From IMG/VR virus record IMGVR_UViG_3300030059_002771, positions 1 through 24,014 of that record: 24,014 nt of DNA, one strand, 5' to 3'. The DNA comes from a virus (lineage: Duplodnaviria; Caudoviricetes). The notes beneath the pieces were generated by a model. The model was given only the letters and a program-made list of their open reading frames with translations. It did no database searches and was not told the DNA's origin. Below are positions 1 to 9,278 of this stretch, in pieces. A program made the position numbers and the translations under genes. Position 1 is the stretch's first letter. The number at the start of each line of letters is the position of its first letter.

Positions 1-1
1 A

Positions 2-970
2 GTAGATGGTCTTAAGGAAGACCCTGATGGACTTAATGAATTATATCGACAATTTCCACGTACAGAGAAACATGCCTTCAGAGATGAGACTAAGCAGTCT
101 CTTTTTAATCTTACTAAAATTTATGAACAAATAGATTATAATGAAGATTTAAAACGAACAGGGGTTGTTACTCAGGGTAATTTTCAATGGGAAGATGGGA
201 TTAAAGATAGTAGGGTACAGTTTATGCCAAGTAAAAACGGTAGGTTTTTAGTTTCTTGGGTGCCTGATTTAAGTCAACAAAATAGAAGTGTTATAAAAAA
301 TGGAGTTAAACATCCTGCTAACGAACACATGGGAGCTTTTGGATGTGACAGTTATGATATATCAGGAACTGTTGATGGAAGAGGTTCTAAAGGATCACTT
401 CATGGTTTAACTAAATTTACAATGGATAATTGTCCAGCTAATCTATTCTTTTTAGAATATATATCAAGACCTCCAACTGCAGAGATCTTTTTTGAAGATG
501 TATTAATGGCATTAGTTTTTTATGGTATGCCAATACTAGCTGAGAATAATAAACCAAGATTACTTTATTATTTAAAACGTAGAGGATATAGAAGATATTC
601 TATGAATAGACCAGATAAAACATTATTTAAATTATCTGTTGCAGAAAAAGAAGTAGGTGGAATACCTAATTCAAGTGAAGATGTTAAACAAGCTCATGCA
701 GCTGCCATTGAAGCTTATATTGAAAGTTTTGTAGGTTACAACAATGAACAATATGGCACAATGTATTTCCAGAAAACATTAGAAGACTGGGCAGCTTTTG
801 ACATAAACAATAGAGGTAAACATGATGCTTCTATTAGTTCAGGACTTGCAATCATGGCTTGTAATAAAAATAAATATAGACCTTCCAATGAAGTTATAAA
901 AGAAAAAGTAAATTTAGGCTTTAAAAAATTTAACAACAGAGGTATGAATTCACAAATAATTAATAAATGA
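2..970 (+). CDS. terL: Terminase large subunit, C-terminal (RNase H-like nuclease) part; 5'-truncated by the window edge
   Basis: The frame of ORF 224..970 is open back to position 2 (VDGLKEDPDGLNELYRQFPRTEKHAFRDE...), so M224 is internal. Acidic nuclease-type motifs GAFGCDSYD, AENNKP and KHDASISSGLA are present. It lies directly upstream of the portal with an ATGA overlap at 967-970. Confidence 0.9.
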   Translation, partial: VDGLKEDPDGLNELYRQFPRTEKHAFRDETKQSLFNLTKIYEQIDYNEDLKRTGVVTQGNFQWEDGIKDSRVQFMPSKNGRFLVSWVPDLSQQNRSVIKNGVKHPANEHMGAFGCDSYDISGTVDGRGSKGSLHGLTKFTMDNCPANLFFLEYISRPPTAEIFFEDVLMALVFYGMPILAENNKPRLLYYLKRRGYRRYSMNRPDKTLFKLSVAEKEVGGIPNSSEDVKQAHAAAIEAYIESFVGYNNEQYGTMYFQKTLEDWAAFDINNRGKHDASISSGLAIMACNKNKYRPSNEVIKEKVNLGFKKFNNRGMNSQIINK

Positions 971-3345
971 TTAACACAAGTACTAATAGTTCTTTCCCAT
1001 CTCAGGTTGTACCTTTGCAGGAAAAGCTTAGTTCGGAGTATGGATTGAAAGTTGCTCAAGCCATTGAACATGAATGGTTTAGAGGCGGAAGAGTCAATAG
1101 TAGTAGATGGCATACTGGTTATCAAAACTTCAACAGGTTAAGATTATACGCAAGGGCTGAACAACCTGTTCAAAAATATAAAGATGAAATGTCAACTAAT
1201 GGCGATTTGTCTTATTTAAATTTAGATTGGAAACCTGTACCTATTATACCTAAGTTTGTTGATATAGTAGTTAATGGTATAACAACAAAGAATTACGATA
1301 TAAAAGCGTATGCTCAAGATCCTTATTCTTTAAAACAAAGGACTAACTACGCTAACGGTATAATGAGAGATATGTTATCCAAGCCATTGTTAGATAGTAT
1401 AGAGCAAAGTCTTGGTGTTAATATATTTACAACTGCTGATCCAGCTAATCTTCCTGAGTCTAAAGAAGAATTAGAAGTTCACATGCAATTAAATTATAAA
1501 CAGTCTATTGAAATTGCTGAAGAAGAAGTTATAAATAATGTATTAGATTTTAATAAATACGATTTAATAAATAAAAGATTAACAGAAGATATAGTTACTA
1601 TAGGTATTGGAGCTTGTAGAACTAATTTCAATAAGTCAGAAGGTGTTACAATAGAGTACGTTAATCCAGCAAATTTAGTGTGGTCATTTACTAATGATCC
1701 TAACTTTCAAGATCTTTATTATGTTGGAGAAATTAAATCATTAAGTATACCTGAGCTTAAGAAACAATTTCCAGAATTGTCTTCTGAACAAATGTTAAAA
1801 ATACAAAAATATCCAGGAAGAGAAGGTTATCTAAGAAAACCTAATATGGATAATGATTTAGTTCAAGTATTATATTTTGAATATAAAACTTACATTGATC
1901 AAGTATTTAAAATAAAACATACAGAGCAAGGACTAGAAAAAACTTTAGAAAAAGAAGACTTCTTTAATCCTCCACCAAGTGATAACTTTGAAAGAGTTTC
2001 AAGAAGTATAGAAGTTTTATTCACAGGTTGTAAAGTGATGGGTGTGGAACAAATGTTAGAATGGAAAATGTCTACTAACATGACTAGGCCTAACAGTGAT
2101 CTTACTAAAGTCAACATGAATTATAATATTGTTGCTCCACATATGTATCAAGGGCGTATTGATTCTTTGGTAAACCGTATAACTGGTTTTGCTGACATGA
2201 TTCAATTGACATCGTTAAAATTACAACAAGTGATTGCAAGGATGGTTCCAGATGGTGTGTTTGTAGATGTTGATGGATTAGCAGAGGTTGATTTAGGTAA
2301 CGGAACTAATTATAACCCTCAAGAAGCTTTAAACATGTATTTCCAAACTGGTAGTATAGTTGGTAGAAGTTTAACACAAGATGGTGATCCTAACAGAGGT
2401 AAAATACCTATTCAAGAATTACAATCATCTAGTGCTAATGGTAAAATTTCATCATTAATTAATACTTATCAGTATTATCTACAAATGATAAGGGATGTAA
2501 CTGGTCTTAATGAAGCTAGAGATGGTTCTATGCCTGAAAAAGATTCATTAGTTGGTTTACAAAAAATGGCTGCAAACGCTTCTAACACAGCTACAAAGCA
2601 TATTTTAAATGCTAGTTTATTTTTAACACTTAGAACTTGTGAAAATATATCGTTAAGAGTTGCTGATATGTTAGAATTCTCTTTAACTAATAATGCTTTA
2701 AACGCTAGTATTGGAAAATTTAATACAGCAACACTAGAAGAGATTAAAAATCTTCACTTATATGACTTTGGTGTATTTTTAGAGTTAGAACCGGAAGAGG
2801 AAGAAAAAGCTATGCTTGAGCAAAATATTCAAATGGCTCTACAGCAAGGACAGATATTCTTAGAAGATGCTATTGATATTAGAGAGATTAAAAATCTTAC
2901 ATTAGCGAATCAAGTATTAAAATACAAAAGAACTAAGAAACAAGATCAAGAGCAAAAACAACAACAACAACAAATCCAGTCTCAATCAGAAGCAAATCAA
3001 CAAGCTACTGAAGCTTCTGCTATGCAAGAAGTTGAGAAGCAACAGGCTTTAGCTCAAACACAAATACAAATAGAACAAGCTAAATCTCAAATGGAGATAC
3101 AACGAATGCAAACAGATCTACAGATCAAGCAACAGTTGATGGCTAAAGAATTCGAGTATGACACCAAACTAAAGCAAATGGAGGTTGATGCTCAAAAACA
3201 AAAAGAAAAACAAATTGAGGATCGCAAAGATAAGCGAACTGAATTACAAGCAACGCAACAATCTAAAATGATTCAACAGCGCCAAGATGATCTTCCACCT
3301 ACAGATTTTGACGGTGGAGGTATGAGTATACCTCAGTTATCATAA
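967..3345 (+). CDS. Portal protein (792 aa) with a long Gln-rich C-terminal coiled coil
   Basis: Position between terminase and scaffold/MCP; size; motifs WKPVPIIPKFVDIVVNG and MIRDVTGLNEARDG resemble crAss/P22-like portals; Q/E/K-rich helical tail. Confidence 0.88.
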   Translation: MINTSTNSSFPSQVVPLQEKLSSEYGLKVAQAIEHEWFRGGRVNSSRWHTGYQNFNRLRLYARAEQPVQKYKDEMSTNGDLSYLNLDWKPVPIIPKFVDIVVNGITTKNYDIKAYAQDPYSLKQRTNYANGIMRDMLSKPLLDSIEQSLGVNIFTTADPANLPESKEELEVHMQLNYKQSIEIAEEEVINNVLDFNKYDLINKRLTEDIVTIGIGACRTNFNKSEGVTIEYVNPANLVWSFTNDPNFQDLYYVGEIKSLSIPELKKQFPELSSEQMLKIQKYPGREGYLRKPNMDNDLVQVLYFEYKTYIDQVFKIKHTEQGLEKTLEKEDFFNPPPSDNFERVSRSIEVLFTGCKVMGVEQMLEWKMSTNMTRPNSDLTKVNMNYNIVAPHMYQGRIDSLVNRITGFADMIQLTSLKLQQVIARMVPDGVFVDVDGLAEVDLGNGTNYNPQEALNMYFQTGSIVGRSLTQDGDPNRGKIPIQELQSSSANGKISSLINTYQYYLQMIRDVTGLNEARDGSMPEKDSLVGLQKMAANASNTATKHILNASLFLTLRTCENISLRVADMLEFSLTNNALNASIGKFNTATLEEIKNLHLYDFGVFLELEPEEEEKAMLEQNIQMALQQGQIFLEDAIDIREIKNLTLANQVLKYKRTKKQDQEQKQQQQQIQSQSEANQQATEASAMQEVEKQQALAQTQIQIEQAKSQMEIQRMQTDLQIKQQLMAKEFEYDTKLKQMEVDAQKQKEKQIEDRKDKRTELQATQQSKMIQQRQDDLPPTDFDGGGMSIPQLS

Positions 3346-3375
3346 CATTTTTTATTAATTTTATATTATCATATT

Positions 3376-4518
3376 ATGTCAGAAACACAAGAAGAAGTAA
3401 AACAAGAACCAAAACAAGAGGGAACATTTAAGGTTAAAAAACCTAAAAACCTTTCTCAAGAAGATAAACCTATAAAAATAGATTTATCAAAACCTAAAGC
3501 AAAAATAGAAGAAAAACCTATTGAAGTTGCGAAAAAAATAGAAATTGAACCAGATGCGGTTCAAGAAGAAAAACCTATTATTGAAGAAATTATTGAAGTT
3601 ACAGAAGAAAAAGTAATTGAAGATATTGTAGAATTAGGTGAAAAACTGGAAGAAAGAGTAGATACTCCAAGTCCAGAAGAAGCTAGAGAAGTTGCAGCTT
3701 TACCAGAAAATATAGAAAAAGTCGTAGACTTTATGAAAGAGACTGGTGGATCATTAGAAGATTATGTCAGACTGAACGCTGATTATTCTAGTGTAGATAA
3801 CGATACTTTATTAAAAGAATACTATAAACAAACAAAATCACATTTAGACTCTGAAGAAATAAACTTCTTAATAGAAGATAATTTTTCTTGGGATGAAGAG
3901 CTAGATGAAGAGCGGGTGGTAAGAAAAGCTAAACTCGCCTACAAAGAAGAGGTTGCAAAAGCCAAAGGGCATTTGGAAGGTTTAAAGAGTCAATACTATG
4001 AGGAAATCAAGTTGAGACCTGGAGTAACTCAAGACCAACAAAAAGCCACTGACTTTTTCAATCGCTACAACGAAGAGCAAGATGTAGCAGTGAAACAACA
4101 CGAGACATTCAAAAGTAATACTAATGATTATTTTTCTAAAGAATTCAAAGGTTTTGATTTCGAAATTGGAGAGAAAAAATTTAGATACGGTGTGAAAAGT
4201 CCTAGTGAAGTTGCTGATAAACAGTCAAATATTTCTAACATAATTAAGAAGTTCTTAAACGACAAAGGAGATGTGACGGATGTTAAAGGTTATCACAAAG
4301 CTATGTACGCTGCTGAACACGCGGACACTATTGCACAGCATTTTTATGAGCAGGGTAAAACCGATGCTACTAAAGATTTGGTTGCAAAATCTAAAAACAT
4401 TCAAACAGAGCCGAGGCAAAGTCCTCCTAGCGATGTTTTTGTTGGTGGATTAAAGGTTAAAGCTATAAGCGGTATGGATTCTTCAAAACTGAGAATACAA
4501 AAACGAAAATTTAACTAA
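3376..4518 (+). CDS. Putative capsid scaffolding protein (380 aa)
   Basis: Lies between portal and MCP. Very acidic low-complexity N-terminus, helical middle and short basic C-terminal tail (SSKLRIQKRKFN), as in podovirus scaffolds. Confidence 0.7.
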   Translation: MSETQEEVKQEPKQEGTFKVKKPKNLSQEDKPIKIDLSKPKAKIEEKPIEVAKKIEIEPDAVQEEKPIIEEIIEVTEEKVIEDIVELGEKLEERVDTPSPEEAREVAALPENIEKVVDFMKETGGSLEDYVRLNADYSSVDNDTLLKEYYKQTKSHLDSEEINFLIEDNFSWDEELDEERVVRKAKLAYKEEVAKAKGHLEGLKSQYYEEIKLRPGVTQDQQKATDFFNRYNEEQDVAVKQHETFKSNTNDYFSKEFKGFDFEIGEKKFRYGVKSPSEVADKQSNISNIIKKFLNDKGDVTDVKGYHKAMYAAEHADTIAQHFYEQGKTDATKDLVAKSKNIQTEPRQSPPSDVFVGGLKVKAISGMDSSKLRIQKRKFN

Positions 4519-4537
4519 AAAAAACTAAAACTTAATT

Positions 4538-5998
4538 ATGGGACAAATTAATCCTGTGTTTGGGTCGGTAATACCTTCCCAAACTCAACAAGCGTTACAA
4601 AACAATTACCTGAATTTTGCAGGTGGTGCAAATGATTTCGCTCAACAGTATCTTCCTGAGATCTACGAACAAGAAGTAGAAAGATACGGAAACAGAACAT
4701 TAAACGGATTCTTACGTATGGTTGGTGCTGAAATGCCAATGACGTCGGATCAAGTTATATGGTCTGAACAAAATAGATTACACGTATCTTACAATAACGT
4801 GAATTTAACTGGTCCTGGTGCAGGAACAGCTATCTTAAATGTTCCAACGAATGCTGGAACTATTCAAAATGCAATTGCTCCGAATGATACAATCGTAGTA
4901 ATGAATCCATTAACAGGCGTTACTGTAAAAGGTATCGTAGGTGCTGTAGCTGGTGGAGCGGGAAACACAACTAATGTTACTGCTTATCCATTTACAGTTG
5001 CTAACTGGGATGCTTTAGGAATAGCTAATAACGGATTAAAAGTATTTGTTTACGGTTCGATATTTGCTAAAGGAACTACAAGTGGACAATTTTCAATTCA
5101 ACCACAGTTTACTCAATTCAATAACCAACCAATTATCATAAAAGATAGATACCAAATAAATGGATCTGATATGGCTCAAATTGGATGGGTTGAAGTTGCT
5201 ACAGAAGATGGTACATCAGGATACTTATGGTATCTAAAATCTGAGTCTGAAACAAGACTAAGATTTGATGACTACTTAGAAATGGCAATGATTGAAGGTG
5301 AACTAGCTAGTGGTGCTGGAGGTGTGAGTTTTGCTGCTGCAGGAGCTGCTGGATTAGTTCCAGGATTTACTGCTGCTATTAATGCACACGGTACACAAGG
5401 TCTTTTTGCTGCTATTCAACAAAGAGGTAACGTTATGACTGGATATTCTGGTGGTACTGGTATTTCTGATTTTGATCAAGTACTTAAAAATCTTGACACT
5501 CAAGGAGCTATCGAAGAAAATATGCTTTTCTTAAATAGAGATATGGATTTAGATTTTGATGACATGCTTGCACAGATTTCTAGCGGACCTTCCGGTGGAG
5601 TTGCTTATGGTATCTTTGAAAATTCTGAAGATATGGCTCTTAATTTAGGTTTCTCTGGTTTCAGAAGAGGTTCTTATGACTTCTATAAAACTAGCTGGAA
5701 ATACTTAAACGACGCTTCTACAAGAGGTGCTGTTGCAGTTAACAACATCGATGGTGTTCTTATACCTGCTGGAACTTCAACTGTTTATGACCAAATTTTA
5801 GGTACAAACATTAGAAGACCATTCTTACACGTAAGATACAGAGCTTCACAAGGAGACGACAGAAGATACAAAAATTGGGTTACTGGTACTGCTGGTGGCG
5901 CATATACTTCTGAGCTGGATTCGATGATCGTAAACTGGTTATCTGAAAGATGTTTAATTACTCAAGCGGCTAACAATTTCGTATTGTTCCAAGCTTAA
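4538..5998 (+). CDS. Major capsid protein (486 aa, HK97 fold inferred)
   Basis: Synteny, size and a strong terminator just downstream. Motifs QQYLPEIYEQEVERYGNRT, WSEQNRLH and LGFSGFRRGSYDFYK resemble Bacteroidota podovirus MCPs. Gly/Ala/Thr-rich beta insertion at about residues 95-175. Confidence 0.88.
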   Translation: MGQINPVFGSVIPSQTQQALQNNYLNFAGGANDFAQQYLPEIYEQEVERYGNRTLNGFLRMVGAEMPMTSDQVIWSEQNRLHVSYNNVNLTGPGAGTAILNVPTNAGTIQNAIAPNDTIVVMNPLTGVTVKGIVGAVAGGAGNTTNVTAYPFTVANWDALGIANNGLKVFVYGSIFAKGTTSGQFSIQPQFTQFNNQPIIIKDRYQINGSDMAQIGWVEVATEDGTSGYLWYLKSESETRLRFDDYLEMAMIEGELASGAGGVSFAAAGAAGLVPGFTAAINAHGTQGLFAAIQQRGNVMTGYSGGTGISDFDQVLKNLDTQGAIEENMLFLNRDMDLDFDDMLAQISSGPSGGVAYGIFENSEDMALNLGFSGFRRGSYDFYKTSWKYLNDASTRGAVAVNNIDGVLIPAGTSTVYDQILGTNIRRPFLHVRYRASQGDDRRYKNWVTGTAGGAYTSELDSMIVNWLSERCLITQAANNFVLFQA

Positions 5999-6013
5999 GA
6001 TTACTTTAAAGTT

Positions 6014-6050
6014 TATCCCTGTCTTATTGGCAGGGATATTCTTTTTTTTT
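6014..6050 (+). terminator. Rho-independent terminator after the MCP gene
   Basis: 10-bp stem TATCCCTGTC/GGCAGGGATA (one G-U pair), 5-nt loop TTATT, followed by TTCTTTTTTTTT. Confidence 0.88.
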
Positions 6051-6072
6051 ATTAATTATATTATATTATATT

Positions 6073-6837
6073 ATGTCAAAGACAACAAAAATAGCAGCCC
6101 CACAATGGGAGATAAAAGATAGAACATATATCTTAATAGGAGATCAATCTCCACTAACGTATACTTTAGGATCAAGACACAATCGTAGATACCCTTTATT
6201 ATATTTTGACTTAGATACAAAAACACAAAGAGAATTACGATACGCAACTAATCAAAATTCTTGTTTTGTAGATGAGCAAAAAGGTGAATCAACATTAGGT
6301 CACATAATATTTGAAGATGGAAGTCTAAGTGTTCCTAAAGAAAGTCAAAATTTACAAAAATTACTTTCATTATATCATCCAAGATTAAATACTTCTTATG
6401 AAGAATTTAAACCTCAGATGATAGCAGAAGATCAACTAGCTGATATAAACTTTGAAATTGAAGCTTTAATAGCTGCAAAAGAAATGGATATTGATCACGC
6501 TGAAGCTGTATTAAGAGTCGAAAAAGGATCAACTGTATCATCTATGAGTTCTAAAGAAATTAAAAGAGATTTACTTTTAATGGCCAAAAAGAATCCTTTA
6601 GCTTTCATGGAAATTGCAAGTGATGATAATGTAGGTCTTAGAAACGTGGCTATAAGAGCTGTAGAGCAAAGCATCATTAAGCTTTCACAAGACCAAAGAT
6701 CTTTTCATTGGGGATCTAATGATAGAAAACTAGTTACAGTTCCATTTGATGAAAACCCTTATTCAGCTATGGCTGCTTGGTTTAAAACAGATGAAGGTGT
6801 AGAAGTTTTTAAAACAATTGAGAAAAAGTTACAATAA
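6073..6837 (+). CDS. Hypothetical virion-module protein (254 aa)
   Basis: Clean ORF between the MCP and tail ring genes with an AT-rich leader. No functional motif recognised. Confidence 0.65.
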   Translation: MSKTTKIAAPQWEIKDRTYILIGDQSPLTYTLGSRHNRRYPLLYFDLDTKTQRELRYATNQNSCFVDEQKGESTLGHIIFEDGSLSVPKESQNLQKLLSLYHPRLNTSYEEFKPQMIAEDQLADINFEIEALIAAKEMDIDHAEAVLRVEKGSTVSSMSSKEIKRDLLLMAKKNPLAFMEIASDDNVGLRNVAIRAVEQSIIKLSQDQRSFHWGSNDRKLVTVPFDENPYSAMAAWFKTDEGVEVFKTIEKKLQ

Positions 6838-6852
6838 CATGTGACTATAATT

Positions 6853-6890
6853 ATAGTGAAGGGTCGTTTAAAACGCGGCCCGTTCATTAT
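6853..6890 (+). promoter_or_regulatory. Intergenic stem-loop (possible weak terminator or processing site)
   Basis: ATAGTGAA-GGGTCG (6853-6866) pairs with CGGCCC-g-TTCATTAT (6876-6890), with two G-U pairs and one bulge. GC-rich island in an AT-rich spacer; no clear U-tract. Confidence 0.55.
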
Positions 6891-6906
6891 TAACTAAAAT
6901 ATTAAA

Positions 6907-7848
6907 ATGGCAATAAACGTAAACACTGTATATCAAACCGTTTTATTAATACTAAATAAAGAGCAGAGAGGTTATATGACACCTGTTGAGTTTAATAAAA
7001 TAGGTACTCAAGTTCAAGTAGAAATATTTAATACATATTTTGACAGTTTAAATCAGCAGTTGCGTATTCCACAAACAGATACAGACTATGCTGATAGAGT
7101 GGCAAGTCTTGATGAAAAATTATCTATATTTAAAACAAGTGCAAATGCTGTTTATTCAAACGGCTCTTTTCAATTACCTTCACAATACTCTGGCACTTCC
7201 GCTTCCAACCAAACATTCACAATTCTAAACCCTGGTTTAACTTATACTTTAACCGGAGATTCTGCTTCAATATCTACAGGCAATTATAAGTCTCAAGCTT
7301 TTGAAGGAGCAACTGGTGCTGAAATTGAATTATCATCAACTGATTACGGTATAAGTGGAACCACAGTAACAGTACCTCAGTTTACAGCTGGAAACAAATT
7401 AATAGTTAATTTATATCCTTTACAATTCAATAAGCTAGGAACAGTTGTATACACAACAGGAGCGCTTGCTGCTGAAGAGGCTCAAAGAGTTGATAAATCT
7501 GAGTTATATCATTTGTTATCTTCCAATTTAACAAAACCTACAACTAGATATCCAATCTACACTTATCAAAATAATTTAATCACTGTTTACCCTACTTCAA
7601 TACAAACTGGAGTATCTATAGATTATGTAAGAAAACCTATAGCACCTATTTGGAATTTTACAATTGGTGGAAACGGTCAATATATTTTTAACGCTCCCAC
7701 TTCTAATAATTTTGATTTACATATTTCAGAACAAACAGAGCTAGTATTAAGAATATTATTATATGCAGGTGTTGTTATACAGGCTCCTGAAATAATACAA
7801 GTTGCTGCTGAGCAAATTCAACAAGAAAATCAAAACCAACAAATATAA
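6907..7848 (+). CDS. Tail ring / head-tail adaptor protein 1 (313 aa)
   Basis: N-terminus (VYQTVLLILNKEQRGYMTPVEFN) and C-terminus (YVRKPIAPIW...LHISEQTELVLRILLYAG) fit crAss-like ring/adaptor proteins; synteny; Ser/Thr/Gly-rich beta insert in the middle. Confidence 0.65.
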   Translation: MAINVNTVYQTVLLILNKEQRGYMTPVEFNKIGTQVQVEIFNTYFDSLNQQLRIPQTDTDYADRVASLDEKLSIFKTSANAVYSNGSFQLPSQYSGTSASNQTFTILNPGLTYTLTGDSASISTGNYKSQAFEGATGAEIELSSTDYGISGTTVTVPQFTAGNKLIVNLYPLQFNKLGTVVYTTGALAAEEAQRVDKSELYHLLSSNLTKPTTRYPIYTYQNNLITVYPTSIQTGVSIDYVRKPIAPIWNFTIGGNGQYIFNAPTSNNFDLHISEQTELVLRILLYAGVVIQAPEIIQVAAEQIQQENQNQQI

Positions 7849-7854
7849 TAAGCT

Positions 7855-9276
7855 ATGTCTATACCTAATGGTGGTTTAATAACCGAAACTAACAGACAAT
7901 ATTACGCGGGTGCGCAGCAACAATACTATGCTACAGGTGGAAACAATCTTACTATTACTAGTACTTTTGATACTAATCTAATATTTGGTTCTTCTGATCC
8001 TTCTAACGGTCAATACGGTTTAAACAGTTTTGATTTATTCACGAGCACAGATGCTAGAAATTGGGTACTACTACAGCCAAGTGATACCACACAAACAGCG
8101 ACTGCAACACAAAACAATGCCGCATCTTTAACTGTAACACTAGCTGCTGCTAATGCTGCAATTATTGCTGGTATGACTATATTTGGTGCAGGTATAACAG
8201 GTAATCCAACAAGCTCAAAGGTTGTTAGCATGAATCAAGCTACTTTTGTAGTTACCTTAGATACTGCTATAACAATACCAGGGGCCGGTACTACTGCTGT
8301 AACTTTTCAGTTTGTACAACCTTGGACAATGGCTACGCCTAATATAATTACAATCGCTTCAACATTAGCAAATGGTAGTTATGTTAAGATACAATTAAAA
8401 GATCCTGCAATAGATGAAGCTAGAGGAAGTTATGAATATACTAGATTAGATGATGTTATAGATAACTTTTTAGTAGCCTATGTTGGAGCTGGTAAAATTA
8501 TACCTAGTGTAAAAAGAACTGACGTTATATTCCATGCAAAAAGAGGGTTACAAGAATTTAGTTATGATACTTTAAAGAGTGTAAGATCTCAAGAGCTTAC
8601 CATACCTGATAGCTTATCTTTAATAATTCCTCAAGACTATGTTAATTATGTAAGATTTTCGTGGATTGATTCAAGAGGTGTACAACACACTATATATCCT
8701 GCCAATAACTTAACAACTAGACCTTATTCAAATCCAGTTCAAGATAATTTAGGTACTCCAACACAAGATAATTTTGACTCAAACTTGACTGGTACTTCTC
8801 AAACAGAGGCCGCTTGGGATAAAAATGATCCACGAAACATTAGTGGAGCTTTTGTGTCTACATATGAAGAAGGTGGTATATTTGCTGAAACATTTTATGA
8901 TGGAGCTTTAGGTCAAAGATATGGTTTAACTCCTGAAACAAGTCAAAGAAACGGATGGTTTAATATAAATGTAAGACAAGGTACGTTTGATTTTACAAAC
9001 GAATTAAAAGGTAAATTAATTGTTATAGAATATATCTCTGATGGTAATGCTTATGATTTAGATGCTAGAATACCTAAACTTGCAGAAGATGCTTTATACT
9101 CTCACATATCACATGCTATACTTGCATCTACAGCTCAGACTCCAGAGTATTTAGTTCAAAGATACAAAAGAGAACGAACAGCTAAGTTAAGAAATGCTAA
9201 GATAAGACTATCTAATATTAAGCTTGATGAAATAGTTCAAGTTATGAGAGGAAAATCTAAATGGATTAAATACTAA
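7855..9276 (+). CDS. Tail ring / adaptor protein 2 (473 aa) with N-terminal beta-rich appendage domains
   Basis: C-terminal half has DVIFHAKRGLQEFSYD, IPQDYVNYVRFSWID, IEYISDG and IPKLAEDALY, a ring-protein-like pattern. It sits immediately before the nozzle gene. Confidence 0.65.
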   Translation: MSIPNGGLITETNRQYYAGAQQQYYATGGNNLTITSTFDTNLIFGSSDPSNGQYGLNSFDLFTSTDARNWVLLQPSDTTQTATATQNNAASLTVTLAAANAAIIAGMTIFGAGITGNPTSSKVVSMNQATFVVTLDTAITIPGAGTTAVTFQFVQPWTMATPNIITIASTLANGSYVKIQLKDPAIDEARGSYEYTRLDDVIDNFLVAYVGAGKIIPSVKRTDVIFHAKRGLQEFSYDTLKSVRSQELTIPDSLSLIIPQDYVNYVRFSWIDSRGVQHTIYPANNLTTRPYSNPVQDNLGTPTQDNFDSNLTGTSQTEAAWDKNDPRNISGAFVSTYEEGGIFAETFYDGALGQRYGLTPETSQRNGWFNINVRQGTFDFTNELKGKLIVIEYISDGNAYDLDARIPKLAEDALYSHISHAILASTAQTPEYLVQRYKRERTAKLRNAKIRLSNIKLDEIVQVMRGKSKWIKY

Positions 9277-9278
9277 AC

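Noticed and set aside
2959-2973. (CAA)5 microsatellite in the portal gene
   Set aside because: In-frame poly-Gln within a Gln-rich coiled coil; no sign of phase variation.
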